Below are positions 38,323 to 48,071 of a stretch of DNA of 64,000 nt, piece after piece. The notes below the pieces were generated by a model. The model was not told where the DNA came from, searched no databases, and worked only from the letters and a program-made list of their open reading frames with translations. The stretch comes from an uncultured virus (IMG/VR IMGVR_UViG_3300008448_000043). Its lineage: Duplodnaviria > Heunggongvirae > Uroviricota > Caudoviricetes. A program made the translations under genes and the position numbers. The number at the start of each line of letters is the position of its first letter. The first letter of the stretch is position 1. The stretch is taken from the IMG/VR virus record IMGVR_UViG_3300008448_000043, one strand, 5' to 3'.

Positions 38323-40392
38323 TTAGAATGTGCCTCCATCAAGTGTACCATAAACAAGAGCTGTACCGTTAGACTGCAGGACATATCCATCTGTACCAAG
38401 ACCTAGTTTTCTAAATCCATTTGAGGAATTAGCAACTAGAATATCTTCTGCAGTATAGCTTGACAATCCTGTACCACCACTAGTACCTGCAAGAGCAGTT
38501 CCAAGAGTAATACTGTTAGCAGTAATACTTACAGAAACAGTTGAGTTGGAAGAAATAGCAACAGCTGAGCTGTTAGTCTGTAATCCACCCGACTCAAGGT
38601 AAGCAACAAGAGTAGCTGTTGTGTACGTGGTATTTGATGTGTCTACAGTAGTGGTTGGAGCTGCTGTTAAATCTTTGAAAAGTTTCCACTTACCATCTGT
38701 CGCATCACGGAACAAACCGGTGTGTTCATGATCACCACCACCTGTTTGATAATTTCCATACAAACCAATATCTAGAGTATCACTAGTTGTATTATTAGCA
38801 GCTAGCTGAATTAACGAGTCGGTTACTGTTAGGTTGTTAGCGTTAACAGTAGTTAATGTACCAGTGATAGATAGGTTACCACTGATCGAAACATCCTTGT
38901 CAAAATAACCATACTCTGAATGTACATTAGCAGCATGTAACTCAAACCATCTTACAGTGTTGTTACCAAAGCTATAGGTAGCATTGGCAGCAGGCATAAT
39001 GTTTGAATTTACAACTGCATTGAACGAAACTACATCTGATGTATTCGAACCTAGAGTTGTGTTTCCTGTGACGCTAAAATCTGCGGCAGAAGTATTACCT
39101 GTGGAAATAGTACCACCACTCTCAGTAATAGAAGCTGCTCCCAAGTAGATAGTACTACCTGCCAAATACAAGTCTTTCCAACGTAATGCTGTTGTACCTA
39201 AATCGTAAGTTACATTAGCTGAAGGAACAATTGCAGTGTTAACATGGCCTGTAAATGATACTACATCAGATGATGCACTACCAAGAATAGTATTACCGTT
39301 AATAGTAACATCGTTAAATGTTACATTATCTGTAGTTCCAACAGCCTGCCCAATATGAACACCAGTAGCGTTAGATGTAACACCGGTACCAGCTACAACG
39401 TGTACACCGGTAGCGTTAGAAGCGATACCATTACCAGCAACAACAGCTATTGTTGGTGTTGAACCCTCTGTAGTGGCATTACCAGAAAGACCATTGCCTG
39501 CTGTGATTGTAGCAACGTAGTTACCAGAGGTATCTGTACCAAGAGTAATTGCATCTGCTGCAATAGACACTACACCATCAGCATTAATTGTTACATCCCC
39601 AGATAGACTTACGTTTCTAAAGACACCGGTAGAATTAGAAACGAGAATTTGACCAGCTGAAGGTGTCGCAACAGCAACATCTGATAGATCATCAAGATCA
39701 TTGACAGTTGAAGATACATTACCCCAGTAGAGTCCGCCTGTTGAGTTCGAGTACAATAGCTGACCATCTGTACCATGAGCACCGTTAGCATAAACTTTAG
39801 TGATTGCTGCGTTTGTAAGTGCAGCAGTTGTTGCAGTGATTGTGCCAGTTGTAACAGAGCTAGAATTTACAGCAGTGTTAACAGTGCTGTTTCCGATGGA
39901 GAGAGCGCTGGTTGAAAGAGATACATTAGCACCAACCGTAACAGTGTTGGAAACGTTAAGTGTGTTCGAATCTTTATTGAAAGTGAATCCAGCAGAAGCT
40001 GCTAGAACTCCACTATCATTAAACTGAACTTGAGTGTTCGTACCACCGGGAGATGTAGCAAGTGTGCCTGTTGATACCCAGTACGCATTGCTTCCTGTGC
40101 CACCGGATGCGAGAACATAACCGGCAGTACCAAACTCACCGTTAGCATATACTTTTTGGGTTACTAGATTGGCTGCTTTTACGGAATCCATCCAGCTGGT
40201 TGAGTTTGCAACCAGTGCTTGATTGGCTGTTAAAACACCAGGATTTCTCGCACCACCAATAGCTACGATAGAGCCGTTACTACCAACATATAATACATCA
40301 CCATTAGCGGTATAGGCTAATTCACCATTAGCCAGTGACCCTGGCTGAGCGGTAGTGAGCGACCTTTTGATTTGAATTAAATTGTTTGCCAT
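38323..40392 (-). CDS. tail-fibre-like protein
   Basis: 'IQIKRS...LANGELAY' N-module, 'TQVQFND' motif, C-terminal DGGTF. Confidence 0.8.
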   Translation of the reverse strand: MANNLIQIKRSLTTAQPGSLANGELAYTANGDVLYVGSNGSIVAIGGARNPGVLTANQALVANSTSWMDSVKAANLVTQKVYANGEFGTAGYVLASGGTGSNAYWVSTGTLATSPGGTNTQVQFNDSGVLAASAGFTFNKDSNTLNVSNTVTVGANVSLSTSALSIGNSTVNTAVNSSSVTTGTITATTAALTNAAITKVYANGAHGTDGQLLYSNSTGGLYWGNVSSTVNDLDDLSDVAVATPSAGQILVSNSTGVFRNVSLSGDVTINADGVVSIAADAITLGTDTSGNYVATITAGNGLSGNATTEGSTPTIAVVAGNGIASNATGVHVVAGTGVTSNATGVHIGQAVGTTDNVTFNDVTINGNTILGSASSDVVSFTGHVNTAIVPSANVTYDLGTTALRWKDLYLAGSTIYLGAASITESGGTISTGNTSAADFSVTGNTTLGSNTSDVVSFNAVVNSNIMPAANATYSFGNNTVRWFELHAANVHSEYGYFDKDVSISGNLSITGTLTTVNANNLTVTDSLIQLAANNTTSDTLDIGLYGNYQTGGGDHEHTGLFRDATDGKWKLFKDLTAAPTTTVDTSNTTYTTATLVAYLESGGLQTNSSAVAISSNSTVSVSITANSITLGTALAGTSGGTGLSSYTAEDILVANSSNGFRKLGLGTDGYVLQSNGTALVYGTLDGGTF

Positions 40393-40418
40393 TTTTTTAC
40401 CTTATTGTTCAGGCAATA

Positions 40419-40667
40419 CTAAAAAGATCCACCATCAAGAGCGCCTGTTGAGTTTTCTAAACTAAATGAAATGTTACTGGATACAACATATTTATCATCT
40501 GAAGCACGGTAAACAAGAAATGCACCGTCTTGGGGATCAATTTCTTCTACGTCAACAAGAGAGTCCAACCTACTAGCTGACACAGCACCTGTTGTGTTTT
40601 TAAGAGTAAGTGGAGATGTAGATTGTAATTGATTGCTTGCTCCAAATTTTACCTTAATATTTGCCAT
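40419..40667 (-). CDS. small virion-associated protein
   Basis: 'LDSLVDV..DGAFLVY' and C-terminal DGGSF. Confidence 0.7.
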   Translation of the reverse strand: MANIKVKFGASNQLQSTSPLTLKNTTGAVSASRLDSLVDVEEIDPQDGAFLVYRASDDKYVVSSNISFSLENSTGALDGGSF

Positions 40668-40996
40668 TATGTAGTGACCTCTGGTGTTACAGTTACTATA
40701 CCTTCAACAATTCTTGAAACAACATTAGAGGGATCAACCAATTCAACATCGTAAACATATCTTCCAGGAACAATATTTGAAGTCTGGGTAGCAGAAAGAG
40801 ATAGTGTAAGAACACCAGTAGTCCCACCAAGACTCACTGTAAAGGTGTGTGAGTTGGATGATGAGTAGTGCTTTTTCATCTTAGAGCGACCAAGATACCC
40901 AGTTAAGTTAATTGGAGCATCATCATCATCCGTTAGATTTATAGTGGTACTAAACGTAGTACCCTGATCTATGACGATGTTTGCTTTTGTTGCCAT
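40667..40996 (-). CDS. conserved virion structural adaptor protein
   Basis: 'ANIVIDQGTTFS...GRYVYDVEL...RIVEGIVTVTPEVT' family common in T4-like phages. Confidence 0.8.
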   Translation of the reverse strand: MATKANIVIDQGTTFSTTINLTDDDDAPINLTGYLGRSKMKKHYSSSNSHTFTVSLGGTTGVLTLSLSATQTSNIVPGRYVYDVELVDPSNVVSRIVEGIVTVTPEVTT

Positions 40997-41018
40997 TTAA
41001 GTAACCTTTGTTTATATA

Positions 41019-41026
41019 TATTTATG
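41019..41026 (-). promoter_or_regulatory. T4-type late promoter (CATAAATA) for the fibre operon
   Basis: One mismatch to consensus, in the gap between hldD and the adaptor gene. Confidence 0.55.
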
Positions 41027-41806
41027 TTATTTTTGTTCTTGTGTTAGAGAGTATTTCAGTCGCGTAAGATCAGCGCAAGTATACTTCTGGTAGCTATCCT
41101 TAAGATTTTCTGGCATCGGAATAGTTTTTATGTTTCTAGTAAATGTTCTAGCTACATCCATAAAGCTTTTTGGCTCACCGGTACCAACATTCCACAAACC
41201 ACTTTTCTTTATGTTAAAAAATCGTTTATGTATATTTATCACTTCGTCAACATGAATAAAATCTCGTTGGTATTTTTCACTATCCTCAAAAACTGTAACA
41301 TGCCCTTGTCGATCAGCCTGTAGCTTAAACTTATGGTAAGGGCTAGCTTGATCGTGTTTATGATCCTCGTGTGGGCCATATACATTGAAATACCTAAATC
41401 CTTGTATCATGCAAGCGGGATTAGTTTTGATATATTTAGCTGCATATCTTTCAACCATGTATTTAGACCAAGCATAAGGTGTTTTTGGGTCAACCATACT
41501 GGTTTCTTTAAAAGAAGATCCTAGTCCATACACTGATGCTGAACTTGCATATTGAATATTGACCCTGTGATATACACACAAATCAAGTAACCAGCAAGAG
41601 AAGTCATAGTTCTGAGTCATCACTAGATCTATGTTTCTTTCTGTTGTTGAGGTGATAGCTCCAAGATGTATTACCCAGTCCAACCCTTTGATGGTTGGAA
41701 GGTCATCACCCCATTCAAAATAGCTAAGGTCGTGACCATCAGCAATAAGACTACCAGTGATATTTTTACCTATGAAACCCTGATATCCGGTTACAAGTAT
41801 TTTCAT
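41027..41806 (-). CDS. hldD: ADP-L-glycero-D-manno-heptose 6-epimerase-like NAD-dependent epimerase
   Basis: TGYQGFIG, YASSASVYG, YAWSK, FRYFNVYGPHEDHK, RDFIHV, YQKYTCAD. Confidence 0.85.
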   Translation of the reverse strand: MKILVTGYQGFIGKNITGSLIADGHDLSYFEWGDDLPTIKGLDWVIHLGAITSTTERNIDLVMTQNYDFSCWLLDLCVYHRVNIQYASSASVYGLGSSFKETSMVDPKTPYAWSKYMVERYAAKYIKTNPACMIQGFRYFNVYGPHEDHKHDQASPYHKFKLQADRQGHVTVFEDSEKYQRDFIHVDEVINIHKRFFNIKKSGLWNVGTGEPKSFMDVARTFTRNIKTIPMPENLKDSYQKYTCADLTRLKYSLTQEQK

Positions 41807-42552
41807 TCTATATCCTCTATTGCTGGAGAGTATACACCCATATGCTGTACTGTAATAGCAGCAGATTTAATAGCGAATGAAATAGCTGCATTTAGATCAT
41901 TACTATCAAGGTATTTGTATACAAGCGCTGCTAGGAAGGTATCACCAGCACCACACACATCCGATACTTCTACACTGGGCGCTGGGAAGTATTTGTCTTT
42001 CCACATTGCTCCTTGCTTTCCATATGTTACTATTAGATTAGATACGTTGTGGCCACCTTCAGATTCCAGATACTCTCTGCTGTTTATTTTAATTATGGCA
42101 TCTTTAAATCTTTGGAGATCGGTCTTTTTTGTGTCTACAAAAACAGGACCCTTGAAGCGTCTAATAGTGTCTTCTATCAGCTCATACGTACAAGTACCTT
42201 TGTTGTAGTCGGAAAAAACTATGGCATCATAATAAAAACCAGGTATGTAGGGTACTGGATCTGATTCTTGATCCTGATCTATTCTGAGGAGATGTTGATT
42301 TGATTTGGAATCAATTAACCTAGTTTTGATTGACCTGTTATTGCCAGCAATGAGTTGGACATTACATCCAAGAGCTAGAAGATTATTTTGGACATTGGAA
42401 GCCATCCCCTCCTTGGTTTCCTCATATTCTTTGACAAAAATTGGAACAGGGGCTTCAGGACTAAGTTTAGTTGTACGACCATACTGATACACATCTGTGC
42501 AAGTATCACCGACTACTAGTATGTTGAATTTTTTTGGTAGTTGAGTATCCAT
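41803..42552 (-). CDS. hldA: heptose-7-phosphate kinase (HldE/RfaE domain I, PfkB family)
   Basis: 'LSPEAPVP', 'FSDYNKG', 'DVCGAGDTF'. Confidence 0.85.
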   Translation of the reverse strand: MDTQLPKKFNILVVGDTCTDVYQYGRTTKLSPEAPVPIFVKEYEETKEGMASNVQNNLLALGCNVQLIAGNNRSIKTRLIDSKSNQHLLRIDQDQESDPVPYIPGFYYDAIVFSDYNKGTCTYELIEDTIRRFKGPVFVDTKKTDLQRFKDAIIKINSREYLESEGGHNVSNLIVTYGKQGAMWKDKYFPAPSVEVSDVCGAGDTFLAALVYKYLDSNDLNAAISFAIKSAAITVQHMGVYSPAIEDIE

Positions 42553-42895
42553 CTATTATGTCAAAAAAAACTAAACGTTTACAAAGAGTATCACCAATGA
42601 TTGGCTTGTTTATATAATCACTGCCCTTGACCATTATATCACAATCCTGAATCAACTCTTCTAGTTCTTGATCCGTATCAAATATAATAACCCCATTTAC
42701 TGGTTTAAGAGCTGATAAAAGCATAAATCTCTCATATTCATTGTTGATAGGTCTACTCTCTCCTTTGAGACTCTTGACTCTTTCATCGGAGTCAATACCA
42801 ACAATCAACCTATCACCAAGGCTTTTAGCGTAATAAAGTAGCTGTATGTGCCCGACGTGAAGTATGTCAAAAGTACCGTTAACAAATACTTTCAT
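42506..42895 (-). CDS. hldC: heptose-1-phosphate adenylyltransferase (HldE/RfaE domain II)
   Basis: 'NGTFDILHVGH', 'LKGESRPIN', 'KGSDY', 'GYSTT'. Confidence 0.85.
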   Translation of the reverse strand: MKVFVNGTFDILHVGHIQLLYYAKSLGDRLIVGIDSDERVKSLKGESRPINNEYERFMLLSALKPVNGVIIFDTDQELEELIQDCDIMVKGSDYINKPIIGDTLCKRLVFFDIIDGYSTTKKIQHTSSR

Positions 42896-43892
42896 CTTTA
42901 TTTTCAGAACTGACTTTTACAAACTTGTTGATAGGGCGTGACACCTGAGAAACATTTGATTGTTTGGCAGGAGCAATATCGTTAACTATCTGATTACAGA
43001 GTGAATCCAACTCTTCTTTGGTAAAATCCATTACACTGTCATTCATCATATCGGTAAGATCACAATCAATACCACCGACCCTTATTGGATTGTATACAGG
43101 TCGGATATTATTTCTATAAAACTTAAAATGACCGGGATATGATACATTTATTTCAAAAGTTGATCCCATTACAATTGTACCTGGTTTATTAAACGCTCTT
43201 GCCATATGCTGGCCTACTGAATCACATCCAACAAAATAATCAGCCATCTGAACAGCTGTCATAAACATCCTAAGGTCTGGCTTCATAGGATGTATATTCA
43301 GCATAATATTGTCATTAGGATGTATAAATTGCTCTTCACCAAAATAAACAACAATAGCATGCTTTGATAGCTGCTGTGCAATATAGAGTGCATGATCTGG
43401 ATCTATACTTCTATTTGACTGATCAACTGATCTTCCACCTACCAAACTCATAGTACTTCCGTATGGTTGAAACACAACCACTTTGTTTTTAGACTTGTCA
43501 AGTTTAGCTTTAGTGAAGATAGATGTTATAAAATTACGCTCGCTCTTTTTTGTAAAGAGTCGAGGTGATAGCAAATCAGTATGGTCATCGGTGTTATTAA
43601 TCTCCTCATCAAAACACTCAGCCATCGACTTTTTCTGATTATAATAAGACCAGTGTTGATAAGGCTCCGGAACAACAAGTCTGTTGTTTTTAATTAGCTG
43701 TTCAAACATTCCTTTATGACCCATTCCAAATGTTCTATTTTGTAGTATTGGATTACCCCAGAAAAGGAAATCCCATCCATGAACAATTATTTTAAAATCA
43801 TCATCAGGATTATTAATAGCAAATTTTTCAAGTGCAGGAATGGCACATATAACTCTTCCTGCCCCACCGCTTAACATGAATGTTGTATTCAT
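42879..43892 (-). CDS. GT-B glycosyltransferase, GT9 (heptosyltransferase)-like
   Basis: 'GGAGRVICAIPAL' start and 'FVGCDSVGQHMARAFNKP' C-domain. Confidence 0.7.
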   Translation of the reverse strand: MNTTFMLSGGAGRVICAIPALEKFAINNPDDDFKIIVHGWDFLFWGNPILQNRTFGMGHKGMFEQLIKNNRLVVPEPYQHWSYYNQKKSMAECFDEEINNTDDHTDLLSPRLFTKKSERNFITSIFTKAKLDKSKNKVVVFQPYGSTMSLVGGRSVDQSNRSIDPDHALYIAQQLSKHAIVVYFGEEQFIHPNDNIMLNIHPMKPDLRMFMTAVQMADYFVGCDSVGQHMARAFNKPGTIVMGSTFEINVSYPGHFKFYRNNIRPVYNPIRVGGIDCDLTDMMNDSVMDFTKEELDSLCNQIVNDIAPAKQSNVSQVSRPINKFVKVSSENKDESIC

Positions 43893-44542
43893 TTATTATT
43901 CACGATCGATCTGGTAAATGCAGGTTTTCCTTTGATAAAGACAACCATGCTGTTATAAAAATGGATTGAGCCAACATCTGCTGTAAGTTCAAACAACTCC
44001 TTTGGAGGAGTTCTATCCGGGATGTGCTCAACATTAATCATATCGCATATATGTTTTGAGAACTCCATAAAAGTAAAGGGTTGGTGTAAACCACCACCAC
44101 AATCAGCCCAATAGCTGGTGTGAGTATCTTCGCAGATATACACACCTCCCTCTGATATCTTAGGCCACACCTTCGTAAAGGTTGTTATTTGTTGATCCAT
44201 ATGATGACCACCATCATCAAGGAAGCAATCGATTGTCTCGACCTTATCATTAAAGTAATCCCAAAACTCGGGATTAGCTTGATCACCTATTTCTATGTTA
44301 ACGCCCGGAATATCAATATTGAGGGTGTTTGGATCATTATCAACACCAACTATGGTAGAGCCTTCTCCAAAGTAATGTTTCCACATTTCAAGAGAACCAC
44401 CACCACATACTCCAACTTCCACCATGACTGGACTCTTATTTCGAAATTTAGAGAAGTATGTCTCATACACTTCAAAATAGGGATCCCATTTATCAGAGCG
44501 AAGTGTTATCATATTATCAAATATAAACCTTAATGAATTCAT
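43889..44542 (-). CDS. class I SAM methyltransferase (sugar O-methyltransferase-like)
   Basis: 'VEVGVCGGGSLEMW', 'GDQA', 'LDDGGH', 'GGVYICED'. Confidence 0.8.
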   Translation of the reverse strand: MNSLRFIFDNMITLRSDKWDPYFEVYETYFSKFRNKSPVMVEVGVCGGGSLEMWKHYFGEGSTIVGVDNDPNTLNIDIPGVNIEIGDQANPEFWDYFNDKVETIDCFLDDGGHHMDQQITTFTKVWPKISEGGVYICEDTHTSYWADCGGGLHQPFTFMEFSKHICDMINVEHIPDRTPPKELFELTADVGSIHFYNSMVVFIKGKPAFTRSIVNNK

Positions 44543-45888
44543 AAAATACCTTGTTCTTTCAAATATTGTTCAAGTTCTTTCTTTGGGATGTCCCACACTC
44601 TAGGTTTTGTTTGACGTATGAGCTTAACATTATCGCCGTACCACGGACTTTGGCTACTAGAATGGCACCAGACATAGTAGCTTGAAATTGGAGTGAATAC
44701 AACAACTTTTTTACCCATGGCTGCAGCTGCGTGGGCTATAGATGTGCATGATGTTATAATAAGATCTAGTTTTGATATTACACTAAGAGTTGTTTCAAAG
44801 TTATTAAGTTCAGACGATAGATCCACTATATCGGGAAATTGTTCAAGTTCTTCAAGTCCAACATCTCTCTGTAGTGAATATAGATCTGCGTTAGTATTCT
44901 GAAGAACATCATAAAAGTCTTTTAACGGTACTGATCTGTGAAGATCATGATCGTACTCCGGATTACCTTGCCACCTTATACCTATTTTGAACTCTCCATT
45001 ATCTCTGATCAAGTGGTCAGCTAGGTTTGGTTGTGCACTGATATATGGCCCGTCCCATAAATCTTCGTATTGAAGATTAAGAAATATTGGTACATCCATT
45101 GAGTGGGTCCATAATGTATCTTTATCAAAATCTTCCGGATTGATTGATGCTACACTCCTATATCCACATCTGTTAAATATATCTACTGTATCTTTGTTTG
45201 TAGAGAACCATACAGGTTTCATTCCAAGTTTCTCAAGATGCTTCATGAATCTAATATTGATGAATTCATCTCCGATACCTGCCTCTGCTAGTAATATAAT
45301 TTCTTTACCTGGTTGTATTTCACCTTCCCAGAACTTAAATGGAAGTTGGGGTTTATTCCAAAGATTGAGTTTCCGTCCTTCGAACAAGAATCTACGGAGA
45401 CCTGATTGAAAGTTATCTTTAAGCAGCTCATATGCTCCTAGATTAAAATTCAATCTTATTCTTTTTTCATCGCTGAGTGAGTGGTTATCAAGCTCCTGTC
45501 TGATAATATCTTCAGCTTCATCTTTGTGGTTTAGTAGAAAATAACTGAATGACTTTACCACGTTGTAACTTGTATCCCGGGGATTTGCAATTTCAAGCTG
45601 TTTAATTAGCTGAAGTGCTTTTTCTGGGTAGTTAGCACTGTTATATAAATCAACAAGATTGGATTTTATTGATATAGTCTGATCAAGAGAAGAAGCATTT
45701 TTTAATGCTTTCTCACAATATTCTATTGCTTTAAGTGGTAACTTTGCTTGTTGATATAGGTAAGCTACTTGATCATATTGATCAAGTCCATGTGAATGTC
45801 TAGCAAGAGCGTCTATCATTTCAATAGCAGCTTTTCTCTCACCATGTTTAAGCAATATATCTAGAGTTATTTCAAAGGGTGTTTTCAT
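44539..45888 (-). CDS. TPR-repeat protein with GT9-like glycosyltransferase C-domain
   Basis: Helical repeats, then 'EAGIGDE', 'GIRWQGNP', 'YSLQ', 'DLIITSCTSIAHAAAAMGK'. Confidence 0.75.
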   Translation of the reverse strand: MKTPFEITLDILLKHGERKAAIEMIDALARHSHGLDQYDQVAYLYQQAKLPLKAIEYCEKALKNASSLDQTISIKSNLVDLYNSANYPEKALQLIKQLEIANPRDTSYNVVKSFSYFLLNHKDEAEDIIRQELDNHSLSDEKRIRLNFNLGAYELLKDNFQSGLRRFLFEGRKLNLWNKPQLPFKFWEGEIQPGKEIILLAEAGIGDEFINIRFMKHLEKLGMKPVWFSTNKDTVDIFNRCGYRSVASINPEDFDKDTLWTHSMDVPIFLNLQYEDLWDGPYISAQPNLADHLIRDNGEFKIGIRWQGNPEYDHDLHRSVPLKDFYDVLQNTNADLYSLQRDVGLEELEQFPDIVDLSSELNNFETTLSVISKLDLIITSCTSIAHAAAAMGKKVVVFTPISSYYVWCHSSSQSPWYGDNVKLIRQTKPRVWDIPKKELEQYLKEQGIL

Positions 45889-46684
45889 ACCAAGTTAAGT
45901 CAATTGATTCCCACACGGGTTTCCAGTCAATGTAAGGATCTTTTTCATAATCACTTTGCATATGAAAAGTGACGGAGTTGATGGGGCAAAAGCCGGCAAT
46001 ACCTCGTCTGACCAGCATGTAGTTAAGCGAGTCTGCTTCCAACATAGAGTTGAGAGGGTGGAGGTTTAAAAATCTTTCTATCAAATCCCAGTTATCTTTA
46101 AGTATATTTATAGACGTCAAAAAAGAGCATGATGTGTTGAATATTTGTCTCCAATATCTTGACATTCCTGGTACCATAACAATAGGCTCCTGGCTGTATT
46201 TGTTTTCTCCAATATACCACCCTGGACAGTTGTACCCACTAATTATTGATTGTGTGTCCTTATCAGCATATAACTGGTAGAATAAATCAACCATTTCATA
46301 AACAGCTGACTTAGTAAACATATAATCATCCTGCACTTGAAACACAAGATTATCACCCTGATCTCTAAGGTATTCATAACACGCTCTTATAGAATCCATC
46401 AACCCTTCAAAACTTGTTGACACTATATCAGCTTTAATGTTATCGCTATTAAACCTATTACACAACGCCTTAAGATATCTTAACGTTTCAGCATCTGATG
46501 AATCGTCAATTATTTTAATGTGATGTACCAGATCACCTTGCATACTAACACAGTATTGTACGGATTCAAAAAATGAAGTTACACACTTCTTGGTTATTTC
46601 AGCCCTGTCATCAGAGCAAAACCTTTTTTGATTCTGATTACTTTTAGTAGTACATGTTTGGATAGCATAATGGATATTAATCAT
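45872..46684 (-). CDS. GT-A fold glycosyltransferase-like protein
   Basis: 'IIDDSS' and 'FQVQDDYMF' GT2-like motifs; cluster context. Confidence 0.6.
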   Translation of the reverse strand: MINIHYAIQTCTTKSNQNQKRFCSDDRAEITKKCVTSFFESVQYCVSMQGDLVHHIKIIDDSSDAETLRYLKALCNRFNSDNIKADIVSTSFEGLMDSIRACYEYLRDQGDNLVFQVQDDYMFTKSAVYEMVDLFYQLYADKDTQSIISGYNCPGWYIGENKYSQEPIVMVPGMSRYWRQIFNTSCSFLTSINILKDNWDLIERFLNLHPLNSMLEADSLNYMLVRRGIAGFCPINSVTFHMQSDYEKDPYIDWKPVWESIDLTWYENTL

Positions 46685-47385
46685 AAGAAAGTACTAAAGA
46701 TTTCTCGAGAGTGTCTTTGCCACTCTTCATCTCGACCAGTAATAGTAGTTTCACCCGGAAGATCATAAGCATAAAAACCGGTTTGAACAATGTTAAAAAG
46801 ATCAACACGAATTATCATATCTGCTGGAGCTGATAAGCCAAAACGAATAACATGAGACACAAGCTGTCTAGCAATATAGGGATCTATAGCATATGCATGC
46901 GCTCTACATATAAATCTATTATTATCTGTAGCTGCTGCATGTGGAGGGAAGTCAGGATACTCTTGAGCAATCCATTGCTCATAATTACCAAGATAGTTTA
47001 TTTGATTGAACCCATTATGCCTCAAATAGGGGTTGACCATAACAGCATCATGCTCAAGTATAACAATTGGTTGGTCCACCTCAACACAGTGACACCACAG
47101 TGAAAAATGACTAAGAATAGCAGCCACCTCTGTCATCTTCAGCTTATCATTCATCTGCTTAAGCCATTTATACTGTGGCTTATCAATAGCATGCTTTGGA
47201 TATACTATGTGCTGGTGAGATGTTCCATCAAAGGCATCCCATACTTTAAACGGCTGTTGTATCTCAATACAGGATAGTTGACATCTTCTTGAGAGATCTT
47301 GAGATACTTGGTTACCGGGTAGAGTGATAATGTAAGCTGATTCTACATCAAAGTTGTAAGTATAATTCAACGAATCAAGATGCAT
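46681..47385 (-). CDS. GT25-like glycosyltransferase
   Basis: 'AYIITL', 'DAFDG', 'SHFSLW', 'ILEHDA', 'AHAYAI'. Confidence 0.75.
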   Translation of the reverse strand: MHLDSLNYTYNFDVESAYIITLPGNQVSQDLSRRCQLSCIEIQQPFKVWDAFDGTSHQHIVYPKHAIDKPQYKWLKQMNDKLKMTEVAAILSHFSLWCHCVEVDQPIVILEHDAVMVNPYLRHNGFNQINYLGNYEQWIAQEYPDFPPHAAATDNNRFICRAHAYAIDPYIARQLVSHVIRFGLSAPADMIIRVDLFNIVQTGFYAYDLPGETTITGRDEEWQRHSREIFSTFL

Positions 47386-48052
47386 ATTTTAACACTTCTT
47401 TACATTTATTAATAAACAGATAATCATGGACAAGTCGTCTACTTTCGAAGAGATGGTAAAACATCTCCTCTCCCTGATCATTCACAAAAGTAGTACCTAT
47501 ACCATACTTAGGCTTACCGGTACCAAGATCCCACTGAGTGCCATCATAAGAGTCAGACTCATATTTAGAAGGCATGAGAATCTGTAAAGGGATTATATTG
47601 GATTCAGCCATGTAAGTCAACTCTTCAGCTGTATCACCACGATCTGTAGGGAGAAAGGAAGGAGAACCTAGTTTGTTAAATGTTTGTTTAGAAAAGCCGA
47701 TACACGGGGACCCAATGTATATGTGTTGATTATTGTTAATATGCAAAGATCTTTGAGCGCACCCAAACAGATAACCCTGCTCAATAATACTGAAAGCTTT
47801 TTTGAGAGATGTTCTCGATAGAGGGATACAATCAATATCAATAACTAAAACATTATCATATTCTTCCAGAAGTTTTGGAATGAAGATGTCTAATATTTGT
47901 CCGTGAACTAATTCTTGATTACTGTGTGGATAGTATAGAGGTTTGTAATGGATATCAGTGTTGGTTATTAACTTTAGCAATACATCATGATTAGCCTGAA
48001 CTAGACTTGATCGTATTTGACTGTTAAAGGATGTAAATATGCATTTATTCAT
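47375..48052 (-). CDS. putative nucleotide-sugar transferase
   Basis: 'VLVIDIDCIP' DxD motif; cluster context. Confidence 0.55.
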   Translation of the reverse strand: MNKCIFTSFNSQIRSSLVQANHDVLLKLITNTDIHYKPLYYPHSNQELVHGQILDIFIPKLLEEYDNVLVIDIDCIPLSRTSLKKAFSIIEQGYLFGCAQRSLHINNNQHIYIGSPCIGFSKQTFNKLGSPSFLPTDRGDTAEELTYMAESNIIPLQILMPSKYESDSYDGTQWDLGTGKPKYGIGTTFVNDQGEEMFYHLFESRRLVHDYLFINKCKEVLKYAS

Positions 48053-48071
48053 AATATAAAATAAAAATATG

